Program-made: the position numbers and the translations under genes
Assembly (NCBI GenBank): GCA_951406725.2
Contig: OX597827.1
Location: 8,990,001-9,054,000 of the forward strand
Length of the DNA: 64,000 bases
Reading direction: 5' to 3'
DNA from: Octopus vulgaris
Lineage: Eukaryota
Shown here: piece by piece, positions 1 to 12,150 of the stretch
Layout: each line of letters opens with the position of its first letter
Numbering within the stretch: position 1 is the first letter of the stretch
Notes under the pieces: model-generated
Told to the model about the DNA's origin: nothing
Seen by the model: only the letters and a program-made list of their open reading frames with translations
The model's database searches: none

Positions 1-55
1 CATAGGCCCCCCAAAAATCTTATATGGAGCCTCAGGTGCCATATGGACCCCACTG

Positions 56-739
56 GTTTAGTCAAATAAACCAACCCCTCTGCTTATTTTATAAAGCCTG
101 GTACTTATTCTATTGGCCCCTTTGTTGAACTACCAAGTTACAAGAATGTAGACAAACCAACACCAATTGTCAAGGAGTAGTAGTGAAGGCGCATGGCTCA
201 GTGGTTAGAGCATCGAGCTTACGATCGTGAGGTTGTGAGTTTGAATCCCGGACCAGGCTGCATGTTGTGTTCTTCAGCAAGACACTTTATTTCACGTTGT
301 TCCAGTTCACTCAGCTGTAGAAATGAGTTGCGATGTCACAGGTACCAAGCTGAATCAGCCCCTTTGCCTTTCCCTTGGATAACACTGGTGGCATAGAGAG
401 GGGAGGCCAGTATTCATAGGCGACTGCTGGTCTTCTATAAACAACCTTGCCCAGACTTGTGCCTGGGAAGGTAACTTTCTAGGTGCAATCCCATGGTCAG
501 TCATGACCGAAGGATGTCTCAGTAGAGGACAAACACAAACACAAATAAACACACACACACACACATATATATACATGTATGATGGGCTTCTTTCACTTTT
601 TGTCTTCCAACTTCACTCAGAAAGCTTTGGTTCATCTGAGGCTATAGTAGAAGACAATTGCCTAAGGTGCTGTACAATGGAGCTGAACCCAAGACCACAT
701 TGTTGGGAAGCAAGCTTCTTAACCACAGAGCCATGCCTG
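56..739 (-). mobile_element. Family A tRNA/CORE-like SINE, old copy, split by a nested SINE at 185-520
   Basis: Diverged reverse complement of the family seen at 27191-27599. Confidence 0.75.
185..520 (+). mobile_element. tRNA-derived SINE (family D head with its own tail)
   Basis: A box TGGCTCAGTGG, B-box-like GTTTGAATCCC, CORE-like TGTGTTCTTCAGCAAGACACTT; nested in another SINE. Confidence 0.8.
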
Positions 740-1484
740 ATTATGTTTAAAATCAATGCTAAGGTTTCAGGCTGCCACCATATACTTTCCAATGTTTTCA
801 TGAAAATGTGTTGTTTTTATATCATACAAGAGAAGTTTAATCAGTCAATTTTCATTTTGCAATAACTGTTTTAAAGCCTTATAGCACTCAGTTGAGTATC
901 TATGCATAATGAGATCAAATCCTGCTAAGTTCAACATTGCCTTTCATCCTTCCGTTGGTTAATAATCTAATTGATCATATCCATCTTACAAATTTGAGGC
1001 TTTGTGTCTGCTAGAAAAGACCCAAGACTTCAAATGAAGTTTACCATGAAAATGAATCGCTATTGCCCCTAATTTTAAGCAAGGTGCAATGTAACAGAAA
1101 ATTATTCAACTACATTATTCTATAAAAAATATTACAGCGGGAAATTGCTTAAGATTTCATCTGAATGAGAAACAATAGTTATGTTAGTGTTAAACTTAAT
1201 GTTATGATTATCAAAAATCTAATTCGAAATAATTATGTGGTGAGGAAAAGACAACATTATTTCAATGACTTATAATATTGTCATTATTTCAGTAAGTATG
1301 GAAAACAACATCGTTTTTCATTTCAGTGATGTTTCTGAGTAATTAACCTTATTGATTAGTTAATATTTTAAGCATGCCAATTTTTTCCCTGCTCATCGCT
1401 CACTTGTATATTATATCATATTTTACATATTAAATATCCCAGTACGTCTCACTATTTCCATCACTAGCAATGCTTATGAGACAT

Positions 1485-1625
1485 ACCAAGAACTACATTA
1501 AGGGTACACTTGTCTGTGGATTGCTCAGCCACTTGCACGTTAATTTCATAAGCAAGCTGTTCCGTTGATTGTATCAGCTGAGACCCTCGTCATTGTAACT
1601 GACAGAGTGCGCCATCCATCCATCC
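1485..1625 (+). mobile_element. 3' tail fragment of family C SINE
   Basis: Matches the tail of 16131-16512 (aactac.ttaagggtacac...gac.gagtg). Confidence 0.7.
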
Positions 1626-1999
1626 ATTCATCTCCACAAAGAGATTGCGAGCATTAACCATTAAAGTAATTTTAGATAAGTTCTTTGCTCCACAAGTTGA
1701 TATTAATGATGAATAATAAAACAAAAATAGTGTCTCTCATCTTCCCAGTAACTCTCATTCCATGAACATATGTCTCAGACAGTCAACATCTGTTGTAGTA
1801 AGACTGTACCCTACAACATTATTGTTATTATTATTATTTATTTTTGAATATATAACATTTAAAATGTTTTTAATGTATACAAATTATACTTTGTATGTTT
1901 ATAAATTGTTATTTTCCATGACCATAAAAGTGGTCATGTCTCTTGGGGTTTTCTAGCTTTTGCTGCTTTTTTGAAAATATCCATTAGAAATCATTTTTT

Positions 2000-2308
2000 T
2001 TATGCGCCCTTTTCAAGCCTAGCCAGCTTCATGGGCCCACTTTCCCGGTTTCTGTGGCATATGTGTTCCTCCCAGCTGGACGGGACGCCAGTTCATCACA
2101 GCATTACTCAAGAAACAGGAAGAGAGAGTGAGAGAAAGTTGGGGCGAAACAGTACAACAGGGGTCACCACCACCCCCTGCCGGAGCCTCATGGAGCTGCT
2201 TTAGGTGTTTTCGCTCAATAAACACACACAACGCCCGGTCTGGGAATCGAAACAGCAATCCTCCAACTGAGAGTCCGCTGCTCTAACCACTAGGCCATTG
2301 TGCCTCCA
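2000..2308 (-). mobile_element. Family C SINE with V-domain-like tail
   Basis: Reverse complement of 5016-5320. Confidence 0.85.
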
Positions 2309-2394
2309 TTAGAACTCATTATCACTTTATAATAAGTAAGGGAATTTCTGCTTTTATAATTAACTTCTTGACATTAATATTAGCTGAAGTGAAA

Positions 2395-2610
2395 GAGGCA
2401 AATTGGTAGAATTATTAGCATTCCAGATAATATGCTTAGCAGCATTTCGTCCGTTTTTATGTTCTAAGTTCAAACTCTGCCAAAGTTGGCTTTGTCTTTC
2501 ATCCTTTCAGGGTTGATAAAATAAGAACCAGCTGAGTGTTGGGGTCGATGTAATTTTGTTACCCCTTCCCCTGAAATTACTGGCCTTGTGCCAAAACTTG
2601 AAACCAATAT
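2395..2610 (+). mobile_element. Family B (Meta-domain-like) SINE, diverged
   Basis: ctttcatcctttcagggttgataaaataag motif. Confidence 0.7.
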
Positions 2611-2718
2611 TAGCTGAAATGATATTATGTTCCATGGTTAGGTAGAAATGGCAAGAATCTGATGTTTGGAAATTTTGATTTTGATTGTCCATGAAAATAA
2701 TTATTTTTACATTACAAC

Positions 2719-3265
2719 AGGCACAGGCATGGCTGTATGGTTAAGAAGCTTGCTTTGCAACAATGTTGTTTCAGGTTCAATTCCACCATGCTGCACCTTG
2801 GGCAAGTGTCTTTAGCCCCAGGTTATAGTAGAAGCCTTGTGAGTGGTGTGTGAATACCTTCTTGTGAATAAACATAAAGTGTGTGTATGTGTGTGTCATA
2901 TATTGATAGACATATATATATATATATATATAAGTATATGAAAGAATGGAGTTGAACGACTACCGTGTTCTTTCTGATGTGAATTTGCTACCCAGGTATC
3001 GGTTATCTTTCGAATTATCCTTAATAAGATAATTCATTCAATTACTCAAATATATATATATATATCTTGTGTGTGTGTGTGCGCGTGTATCTTTCTGTTT
3101 GTGTTTATTCCATCAACCACTTGACAACTGGTGTTGGTTTGTTTACAACCCTGTAACATTGTGGTTCAGCAAAAGAAATACTTAGAATAGGTACTAGACT
3201 TAAAAGATAAATACTGGGTCTGATTTGTTTGACTAAACCCTTCAAGGCAATGTGCCCCAACATGA
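2719..3265 (+). mobile_element. Family A SINE with a foreign insert (2930-3050) in its internal (TA)n
   Basis: tRNA head, gcaccttgggcaagtgtctt core and family tail. Confidence 0.75.
2930..3050. mobile_element. (TA)n-embedded insert, probable Penelope-like pLTR remnant
   Basis: Shared in reverse complement with 15331-15480; (TA)n on both sides. Confidence 0.5.
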
Positions 3266-4007
3266 CAAATAATAGATAGCATTTAATTCATTAACAATAG
3301 CAACATGAGTGTTTAGATAACATATGATTAAATGAATTAGATACAGGTATTGATGCCACTCAGTTTCCGAACCATTGTAAACTGACAGGTGTGCTTTACA
3401 TCAATTGTTAAACACATTCATGAATAAGACACAAACAAATTTATATGCATATGCTTAATAAATATATATTTAGCCTGACTGTGTAAATAGGCTTAAATAT
3501 CAGAGTTCTCATTGCAGGATGAAGTTATCCACAAAGCGTTGATTAATGGTGTAATTAATATGCATTGTCAGTGGAAATTGGAAGTATTTGTTCAGACTTA
3601 TTGCACTCTGAGTTCAGTTCCCATTGAGGTCAACGTTGCTTTTCATCTTTTCAAGAGGTGGAGATCAATAAAAAGATAACAATTCATGGTAACAAATTAG
3701 CAGAACTGTTATAGGATCAACAATGGGGGGCAGGTTTGGTTAGCTGGGAATCTCCTAGTTCAGATCCATAGCCATATACTGGTGGCTCTTATTTGAAGGT
3801 CATCCTATCTATTCATGAAGTGTTTATTGTGGGTGTTTGGCAGTTTTAGGATGCAACTGAGCTGGCTTATTCAGGATCACAACATCCCACACCACATATG
3901 GGAAAGCCCTTATGAAAGATGGGGTAAACATCAGACACCACCTTTTTTTTTTTCTTCTCTGACTGGCTTACCACAGCTATTGGTGACTCACTACAGCAGT
4001 AGCAAGC

Positions 4008-4382
4008 GGAGGCACAATGGCCCAGGGGTTAGGGCAGTGGACTCGCCGTCGGAGGATCGCAGTTTCGATTCCCAGACTGGGCGTTGTGTGTGTTTATTGA
4101 GCGAAAACACCTAAAGCTCCACAAGGCTCTGGCAGGGGTTGGTGACGACCCCTGTTGTACTCTTTCGCTCCAACTTTCTCTCACTCTTTCTTCCTGTTTC
4201 TTGTCCTCAACTTCCTACGCAACTGCTAAGCCTGGATGTGCATTTATCCATCCGGCGATGCTCTCGGTGTCGGGGGTTGACCTGCTTTCTGTTCTACAGG
4301 TCTTACGAATAGCAAAGGACCACATTTCAGACTTTTCCCATCTTGCGAGCTCTGGGACAAAGACCGTTCGCTCAACAGCAAC
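4008..4382 (+). mobile_element. Family C SINE head with a third, distinct tail
   Basis: Head matches 5016 and 16131; flanked by 14-bp TSD acagcagtagcaag. Confidence 0.85.
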
Positions 4383-4395
4383 AGCAGTAGCAAGA

Positions 4396-4570
4396 ACAAG
4401 AAAAAAATAAAAACTCCTCTTACTGTGGGAACTTGGAATGTGCATACACCCCTAGACCTGGATTGCTGGGTTTGATCCTACAGGTGCAGTGCTCTAGTAA
4501 GCAAAGAGCTGAATCGTTATAATGTGGATATTGCAGCCCATCTGAAAGGGGACTTGCTGGCAAGGGCAGC
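4396..4570 (+). mobile_element. RTE LINE APE endonuclease N-terminal remnant
   Basis: Translates to KTPLTVGTWNVHT...ALVSKELNRYNVDIAA. Confidence 0.75.
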
Positions 4571-4740
4571 CTTTGCGAAGAAGAAACAAATTACACCTAC
4601 AGGGTCAAGTGAGATGCCTTCAGGATTTGTTCTCACTCTGTGCATTCTGTCTTTCTGATGCAATCTCAAATCGACCAATAGATTGAAAATGGAATTTAGT
4701 TGGTAAAAACTGTGCAGAAGCTCATTGTATGTTTTCACCC

Positions 4741-4864
<124 letters not shown>

Positions 4865-5015
4865 AGATCAACATTAAAATAAGCACAGAGACTAATATGT
4901 CTGACTAAAACTTTTCAAGACAGTGTCCTAGAATTGGATCAATCCAATGAGAGAAACCAGTGCAAGAGTGCCTAAAGGAGGACCTGCATTATTAACATGA
5001 TTTTCTTATATATGT

Positions 5016-5320
5016 GGAGGTGCAATGGCCCAGTGGTTAGGGCAGCGGACTTGCGGTCGGAGGATCGCAGTTTCGATTCCCAGACTGGGCGTTGTGTGTG
5101 TTTATTGAGCGAAAACACCTAGAAGCTCCACGAGGCTCCAGCAGGGGGTGGTGGCGACCCCTTTTGTACTCTTTTGCCCCAACTTTCACTCTCTCTTCCT
5201 GTTTCTTGAGTAACACTGCGATGGACTGGTGTCCTGTCCAGCTGGGGGGAACACATACGCCACAGAAACTGGGAAACCGGGCCCATGAGCCTGGCTAGGC
5301 TTGAAAAGGGGCAACATTTA
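5016..5320 (+). mobile_element. Family C SINE with V-domain-like tail
   Basis: tRNA head TGGCCCAGTGGTTAGGGC...GTTTCGATTCCC; V-like ctgcgatggactggtgtcctgtccag. Confidence 0.85.
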
Positions 5321-5649
5321 TCGTTTTCTTATATATGTGGGCTGTCTAGCAATCTGACAAAGAAGTGTATTCATATAACTGCAAACATTTTCTGTCCACT
5401 GTATGTTCTGTGAGTGGAGACTTAAACCTTTTAATAACAACATGTCTGATGTACTGCCTCTAGTTCAAGTATACAAAATCAACCATCTCAAGTTGCTAAT
5501 ATTTAAACTGAGGGTGAGGTGGGGTGGGAGGATTAGCAGAAACAATAGAGCATCTGACAAAATCCCTTGTGGTATTAGTTCTAGCTCTTTATGTTCTGAG
5601 ATCAAATCCTGCTAAGGTCAACTTTGTCTTTTATCCTTGATGCATCAAA

Positions 5650-6218
5650 TATTGGGTTGTCCGGAAAGTTCATGCCGACTTTTAAAGGAAAGAAAAGGTC
5701 AATAAATACTTGCCTTTACATTTTTAATCAACCAAATATGAACCATTTTGTTGCACAATGCGTATCTATCCTTCCTTTAACTTGAAAATACCCTCTTCCC
5801 AGAATTGAGGTGGTTTCATGGCAAAGAATTCATCAAGGTATGTTTTTACATCATCCAAGGAATTGAAATTTTTACCATTAAGACTATTCTGCAGAGACCT
5901 GAATGAGTGGAAATCCGAAGGAGCAATATCTGGTAAAAATGCAGGGTGGGGTGACACATCCCAGCAGAGCTGCAGCAATTTTTGTCTGGTTCCCAAAGCA
6001 TCAAGTGCCAAAAATGAATTTTCGTATCTTCCATTTTGAAGGGTTACAGAATTAACACAGGTTATAGGAACATAAACCTTCTTCCACAAAAAGATAGCTT
6101 AAACTGTGCTCTGAATGGAGGTGTAGTCAAATCCTATTTTATGGACTCAACCATGTTCTAAAATAAGTCGAAAGGTAAGCTACTATAAATTGGCACGAAC
6201 TTTCTGGACAACCCAATA
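5650..6218 (-). mobile_element. Internally deleted Tc1/mariner transposon
   Basis: TIRs tattgggttgtccggaaagttc / gaactttctggacaacccaata with TA ends; ORF remnant PHPAFLPDIAPSDFHSFRSLQNSL matches the mariner HPPYSPDLAPSD motif. Confidence 0.9.
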
Positions 6219-6802
6219 AAATAATGGTATAATCCTGGGGTCAAAAATATCAACTAACCTCCTACCCCATACTTCAGGTTTTGTTCCTGGAGTGGTATCA
6301 TTCATTTTATCAAAACCTTCCATCAAAAATTTATGTAATAAACCTTTGTTGAATAATGTTCCAAACAACAGCTTTGTTATCATCAACATCATCTAAAGTC
6401 TACTTTTCTATGCTTGCATAGGCCAGATAGAATTTGATGAGGCAGGTCTTGTACATCAGGACACCCCTTTCTTTTGCTAAGCCTTACTTGTTTCCAAATA
6501 AGGTAATATTTTCCTCATGGCAAGACATATTTTCATGGAAATTAGAGATTCCGTTTATATGATGGTGAGGCTTGTTTATTAATAATCCCATCATGTCAAA
6601 ATAAGGACGGACACACACACAAACATGTAAACACACACAATACACACACATACACATGCACATACAACAGGTTCTTTCAGTTTCCATCTACCAAATCCAC
6701 TCACAAGGCTTTGGTCAGCCCAAGGCCATAGTAGAAGACATTTGCCCAAGGTGCCATGCAGTGAACTGAACCTGGATCCATGTGGTTGGGAAGCAAGCTT
6801 CT

Positions 6803-7215
6803 TATTTCTTTACTACCCACAAGGGGCTAAACATAGAGGGGACAAACCAGGACAGACAAAGGGATTAAGTCGATTGCATCAACCCCAGTGCATAACTGGT
6901 ATTTAATTTATCGACCCTGAAAGGATGAAAGGCAAAGTCGACCTCGGCAGAATTTGAACTCAGAACGTAACGGCAGATGAAATACCTATTTCTTTACTAC
7001 CCACAAGGGGCTAAACATGAAGAAGACAAACAAGGACAGACAAATGGATTAAGTCAATTATATCGACCCCAGTGCATAACAGGTACATATTTAATCGACC
7101 CTGAAAGGATGAAAGGCAAAGTCGACCTTGGTGGAATTTGAACTCAGAACGTAACAGCAGACGAAATACTGCTAAGCATTTTGCCTGGCGTGCTAACATT
7201 TCTACCATCTCGCTA
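6803..7215 (-). mobile_element. Tandem pair of family B (Meta-like) SINEs nested in a family A SINE head
   Basis: Two consecutive tatttctttactacccacaaggggctaaaca... copies. Confidence 0.85.
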
Positions 7216-8149
7216 CCACACAGCTACACCTGTGCTTATATGACGGGCTTCTTTCAGTTTCCACCAGTCAGATGCACTCACAAGGCTTTGGTTGCCCAAG
7301 GGCTGTGGGAGAAGACACTCACCTTGAGTGCCACACTATAGGATTGAACCTGGAACCACATATTTAGAAAGCAAACTTCTTAACCACATAGCCATGCCAG
7401 CACCTTTTAATAAAAACAAGAATACCATAATAAGGAAAATAATGTTACTAAATCTCCACAAATTCTTGATTATTTTTACAGTTAATTACAACATATACAC
7501 ACAATGTATTTCATTAGAGATGTGGTCACAAAAGGGTTAAAAACATATGGTCCAAACCATAAGTAGGCAGAAGTAATTGTTAATGGAAATTTGGCTTTTA
7601 TAGTGAGTAGGACAAGCAACTACCTGTACGCATTATAACAGGCACATGTTTACAGTTTAGTTTGCCAGTTGTGTCTCTGTCTTTACTGCTACCAAGCCTA
7701 ATATTTTAAAAGCTTTTGTTGCTTTTCCAACTTTCCACTGACATATTGCTTTATTAATGAACAAACATGCGCATTCACAGTCATGTATGTGTATATGTGT
7801 ACATGTATGTGTATGTGCATTTATGTATGAGTGTGTGCATATGCACAGCTTATACAACAGTTTTATACAAGGAGTCTCTAATTGGTTGTTTGAGCGGCTG
7901 GAAATAGCAGTCAAAATTTCCCTTAAATCAGACCCTACAGACTTAAAAACAAATGGACATATTAAATAATGTAGTCCTATATGTACCTCTGTTACAGATG
8001 GGATGGTCATGGCTGGAATGATTTTGAGTGTAGGTCAGCCTGATTAGAGTTGACCTGAGGCTAAACATACATTCATATCTGTATACAAATATATAGCAGA
8101 TATTTCAATAGTTTTCTTTTAATTTCTAATACCTATTTTTCTCTTTGTC

Positions 8150-8400
8150 AGTATCTATTCTCTTTATTCAGTAGACTACAGCCATGCTGGAGTACTGCCT
8201 TGAAGGGTTTCAATAAAGAAATACAACCCAATATTTATCTTTTGAGCCTGGTACGTATTCTGTTATCATCAACATGATCATTTGTTATCATCAAATTCTG
8301 TTGGTCTTTTATGCTGAACTGCTAAGTTACGTGGTCTTAAACAAACTATGTTGCCAAGCAAGGGATGGACAAACACAAATACAGATACACAGACACACAC
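8150..8400 (-). mobile_element. Family A SINE tail, diverged
   Basis: gccatgctggagtactgcc...gctgaactgctaagttac. Confidence 0.65.
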
Positions 8401-8597
8401 ATACATACATACATACATACATACATACATACATACATACATACATACATACATGTAACATATATGTTTATAATACACATATATACATATATAGATATAT
8501 ATATATATATATGAGTGAATGGACAAACAAAAAAAAGAGCACTCAACACATTTTCATGTATTATTCAAAATGTTTGATTATCTGAAACAAGCAGTTT

Positions 8598-8674
<77 letters not shown>

Positions 8675-8790
8675 GATGATGATGATGATGATGATGATAA
8701 TAATGTGTGTGAGTGTACATATATATTATATACATATATATATGTATGTATACATATACATACATGTGTGTGTGTGTGTGTGTGTGTGTA
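8390..8790. repeat. Compound microsatellites (ACAT)n, (AAT)n, (GAT)n, (GT)n
   Basis: Direct reading. Confidence 0.9.
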
Positions 8791-8819
8791 TACTTTATTA
8801 AAAAGCAGCAAAAATATCA

Positions 8820-8860
8820 CAAATACTCAGAATTTCACATTCCCATTCGTCAGACAGTTT
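8820..8860 (-). ncRNA. Degenerate type I hammerhead ribozyme
   Basis: aaacugu-CUGACGA-augggaaugu-GAAA-uucugag-UA; 3' arm of stem I missing. Confidence 0.55.
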
Positions 8861-8933
8861 TGTTTAGAAATTTAGATTCTGTACAAAACTTCCAAAAGAA
8901 AATCCTTAAACAGTCATACTGAGGGATGTGAAG

Positions 8934-9024
8934 TTAAGACCCTGAAGAGACTGCACTGTCTTATAATAGGGTTGCAACTGCAAAGATTACTAACTGGTGC
9001 AATTGAAACATGTGTAGGTCTTAA
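8934..9024 (+). ncRNA. Type I hammerhead ribozyme with complete core
   Basis: Stem I uuaagacc/ggucuuaa (8 bp), CUGAAGA 8942-8948, stem II gacugcac/gugcaauu, GAAAC-AUGU-GUA; predicted cleavage after 9016. Confidence 0.8.
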
Positions 9025-9094
9025 AGGCAGTATATAATTATAGAGTTAAAGGTAATGCTGTTGTTACTTTGGAGTAATGCTCATTTTTAATATT

Positions 9095-9136
<42 letters not shown>

Positions 9137-9224
9137 TATAGGATAACATTTTTTTCGGGAAAAAAATTTTATCAATGGCCAGCATATCAAAAAGTTCCTT
9201 TAAAGATAAAATTTATACATAATT

Positions 9225-9384
9225 TACAAGATAAGGGCAGAAGAAAAATTCTAATGCCAAATATGCCGAAACAAAAAATTGTCGATAACCATTATAATTT
9301 ATGCGCATAAATTAAAATGGTTATTGACAATTTTTTGTTTCGGCATATTTGGCATTAGAATTTTTCTTCTGCCCTTATCTTGTA
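9225..9384. repeat. 160-bp near-perfect palindrome with no spacer
   Basis: Centre atgc|gcat at 9304/9305; 2 mismatches; lies between (TA)n tracts. Confidence 0.95.
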
Positions 9385-9399
9385 TATATATATATATCC

Positions 9400-10031
9400 A
9401 CCGTGCTTGAGAAGACCCGGCAAGCCAAATGAGATCATAACCTCGTGGCCTATGCCAGGGTTGTACCAGCCCACTTATGTGTACCTTTCCTTCATTGGAC
9501 ACTAAACTCTGTTTGCAAAGACCTGTTGAGGCAAGTGAAATCGATTTTGAATTCAATGACTGGCATCCGTGCTAGTGGAGTGCTAAGATCACCATCCGAG
9601 CATGATAGCTGCCAGAGCGGCTAACTGGCTTCCGTGCTGGTGGCACATACAAAGCACGATTTGAGCGTGATCATTATTAGCGTCGCCTTACTGGCACTTG
9701 TGCTGGTAGCACAGGAAAAAACATTACAGCGAGGTCATCGCCAGTGTCACTGGACTGGCTCCTGTGCAGGTGGCACATAAAAAAACACCATTTGAGCATG
9801 GCCTTTGCCAGTACCACCAGACTGGCTTTCATGCCGGTGGCACGTAAAAGCACCCACTACACTCTTCGAGTGGTTGGCGTTAGGGAGGACATCCAGTTTT
9901 AGAAACTCTGTCAGATCAAAACTGGAGCCTGGTGCAGCCATCTGGTTCGCCAGCCCACAGTCAAACCATCCAACCCATGCTAGCATGGAAAGCGGATGTT
10001 AAACAATGATGATGATGATGATGATGATGAT
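9400..10031 (+). mobile_element. RTE LINE 3' UTR/tail ending in (GAT)n
   Basis: gtggttggcgttagggaggacatccag...gcggatgttaaacaatgatgat; same family as 24790-25392. Confidence 0.8.
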
Positions 10032-10469
10032 ACACACACACATATATTTCTGTATCTGTGTGTGCATGTGTGTTTGTGTGTGTGTGTCTTTGTTTGTCTT
10101 TGTGTTAGCGTTTGTCTCTCACTGCTGCTTGACAACAGGTGTTGGATAACTTAGCAGTTCAACCAATGAAAGCAACAGACTAAGTACCAGACTTAATAAA
10201 TAAGTACTAGGTAAAATTCTTTCAAGTAAACCCTTCAAGATGGTGCTCCAGAATGGCTGTGGTCCAATGACTAAAATAACTAAAAGATCAAAGATAACAG
10301 ATGAAATACTAATAAGTAGTGTAGCCTGTTGGCCCTAATATATAAGCATTATCATTAAAAGTGTACATTATTTGATAATCCTTTTTTTTTAGAAATAAAT
10401 GAAAACTATATTATCTAAGGAGTCCTAAGGCCCAGAAAGACATAGGATAAAGTGATGAGATAGGATCTT

Positions 10470-10890
10470 CAGATTTTGGGCCTCGCAGAGTTGATGACAA
10501 GGGACTGAGACTTCTGGCAGTTTGCTGTGATTGAGAAGATACGTCAAGCTAAGTAAAATCATTGTTGTCCTTGCAAATGGACACAACCCTTACATGTCTC
10601 TTCAGCTGAGCAACCCTAATCTTGTAGGGTTGTGGGTGCTGGTGCCAATGTAAAAAGCACCTTTGTCAGAGTCGCATAAAAGCACCTGTGCTGGTGCTGC
10701 GTAAAAATATCTGGTACACTCTGTAAAGTGGTTGGTGTTAGGAAGGGCATCCAGCCAAAGAAACCCTGCCAAAACAGACATAAAGCAAGGAAAGCTCTTC
10801 AGATGACCACCTCCTCTCAAATCGTCCAATCTATGTCAGCATGGAAAACAGATGTTAAATGATGATGATGATGATGATGATGAAGATGAA
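10470..10890 (+). mobile_element. RTE LINE 3' tail ending in (GAT)n
   Basis: Same tail family. Confidence 0.75.
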
Positions 10891-10911
10891 GACAATGGTA
10901 GTGGTGTGAGA

Positions 10912-11120
10912 AGGCGGCAAGCTGGTAGAATCGTTAGCACGCCAGGCGAAATGCTTAGCGGTGTTTCGTCTGCCGCTGCATTCTGAGTTCAAATTCCGCC
11001 GAGGTCAACTTTGCCTTTCATCCTTTCGAGGTCGATAAATTAAGTACCAATTGAGTACTGGAGGTCGATGCGATCGACTTACCCCTTCTCCCAAAATTTC
11101 AGGCTTTGTGCCTATAGCAG
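10912..11120 (+). mobile_element. Family B (Meta-like) SINE
   Basis: ggcggcaagctggtagaatcgttagc...gcctttcatcctttcgaggtcgataaattaagtacc. Confidence 0.85.
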
Positions 11121-11744
11121 GAAAAAAAAAAAAAAAAAAGGGAAGTGACATTATCTGAAAGTGAGAGATTTGGTAGCTATTTCTTGCTCATTAAGCGACT
11201 CTCTAAACGTTTCTTTCATTAACTGACACTAGCTATGACCGCAGTGATGAGTGAAAGAACACAAGATAAAAAGTTGTCCTTCTCATCATTCTCAGTGTGT
11301 TTACCATTCCTTGTGATTTCATGCAATTTTTCAGTTTGGAAATCTTGCTACTGAAACTTAGTCGAAGCATATCCATAATTATACACTATCTGATTATCTC
11401 TAATCATATCATCTGATGATGTACTTCCCCTTTGTGACATCTAGCATGTCTCCATGTACAACAGCTTCACATAGCTATCCGGTATATTTCGGCATGAAGA
11501 CTGACTAATCTTATTAGAACGAAGACATAACATACAAATAAAATAAAATACATAAATAAATAAATGAATGAATAAATAGATAAATGAATAAAAGAGAGGA
11601 AGCAAAGAAGGTTCTTATTTCCAGCAATATGATACATTAATATCGGGTTTCATTGATACAACCTTCATTATTTGCTTCCTTCCTGTAGTTTGAATACATT
11701 ATTGTAACGGTTTATATTTACTCAATGTTTATAGCAAATTATTA

Positions 11745-11972
11745 CCGTTGTTGTTGTTGTTGTTGCTGTTGTTATCATCATCATCCTCATCATCATCATT
11801 ATCATCATCATCATTATCATCATCATCATTATTATTATCATCATTGGTGTTGAGATATTTTTTTTTGTCGTGCACCATATATTAAGTTTATTGTTTTTTA
11901 CTATTGCACTGCAAACATTGCTAATTTTTATTTATTCATTTTCTCTATCATTAATTATTATCATTGTTATTA

Positions 11973-12038
<66 letters not shown>

Positions 12039-12089
12039 TTATTATTATCATTGTTATTATCATTATTATTATTATTATTATCATTGTTG

Positions 12090-12125
<36 letters not shown>

Positions 12126-12150
12126 GTTGTTGTTGTTGCTGTTGTTGTTG
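11745..12150. repeat. Trinucleotide tracts (GTT)n/(CAT)n/(TTA)n
   Basis: Direct reading. Confidence 0.9.
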
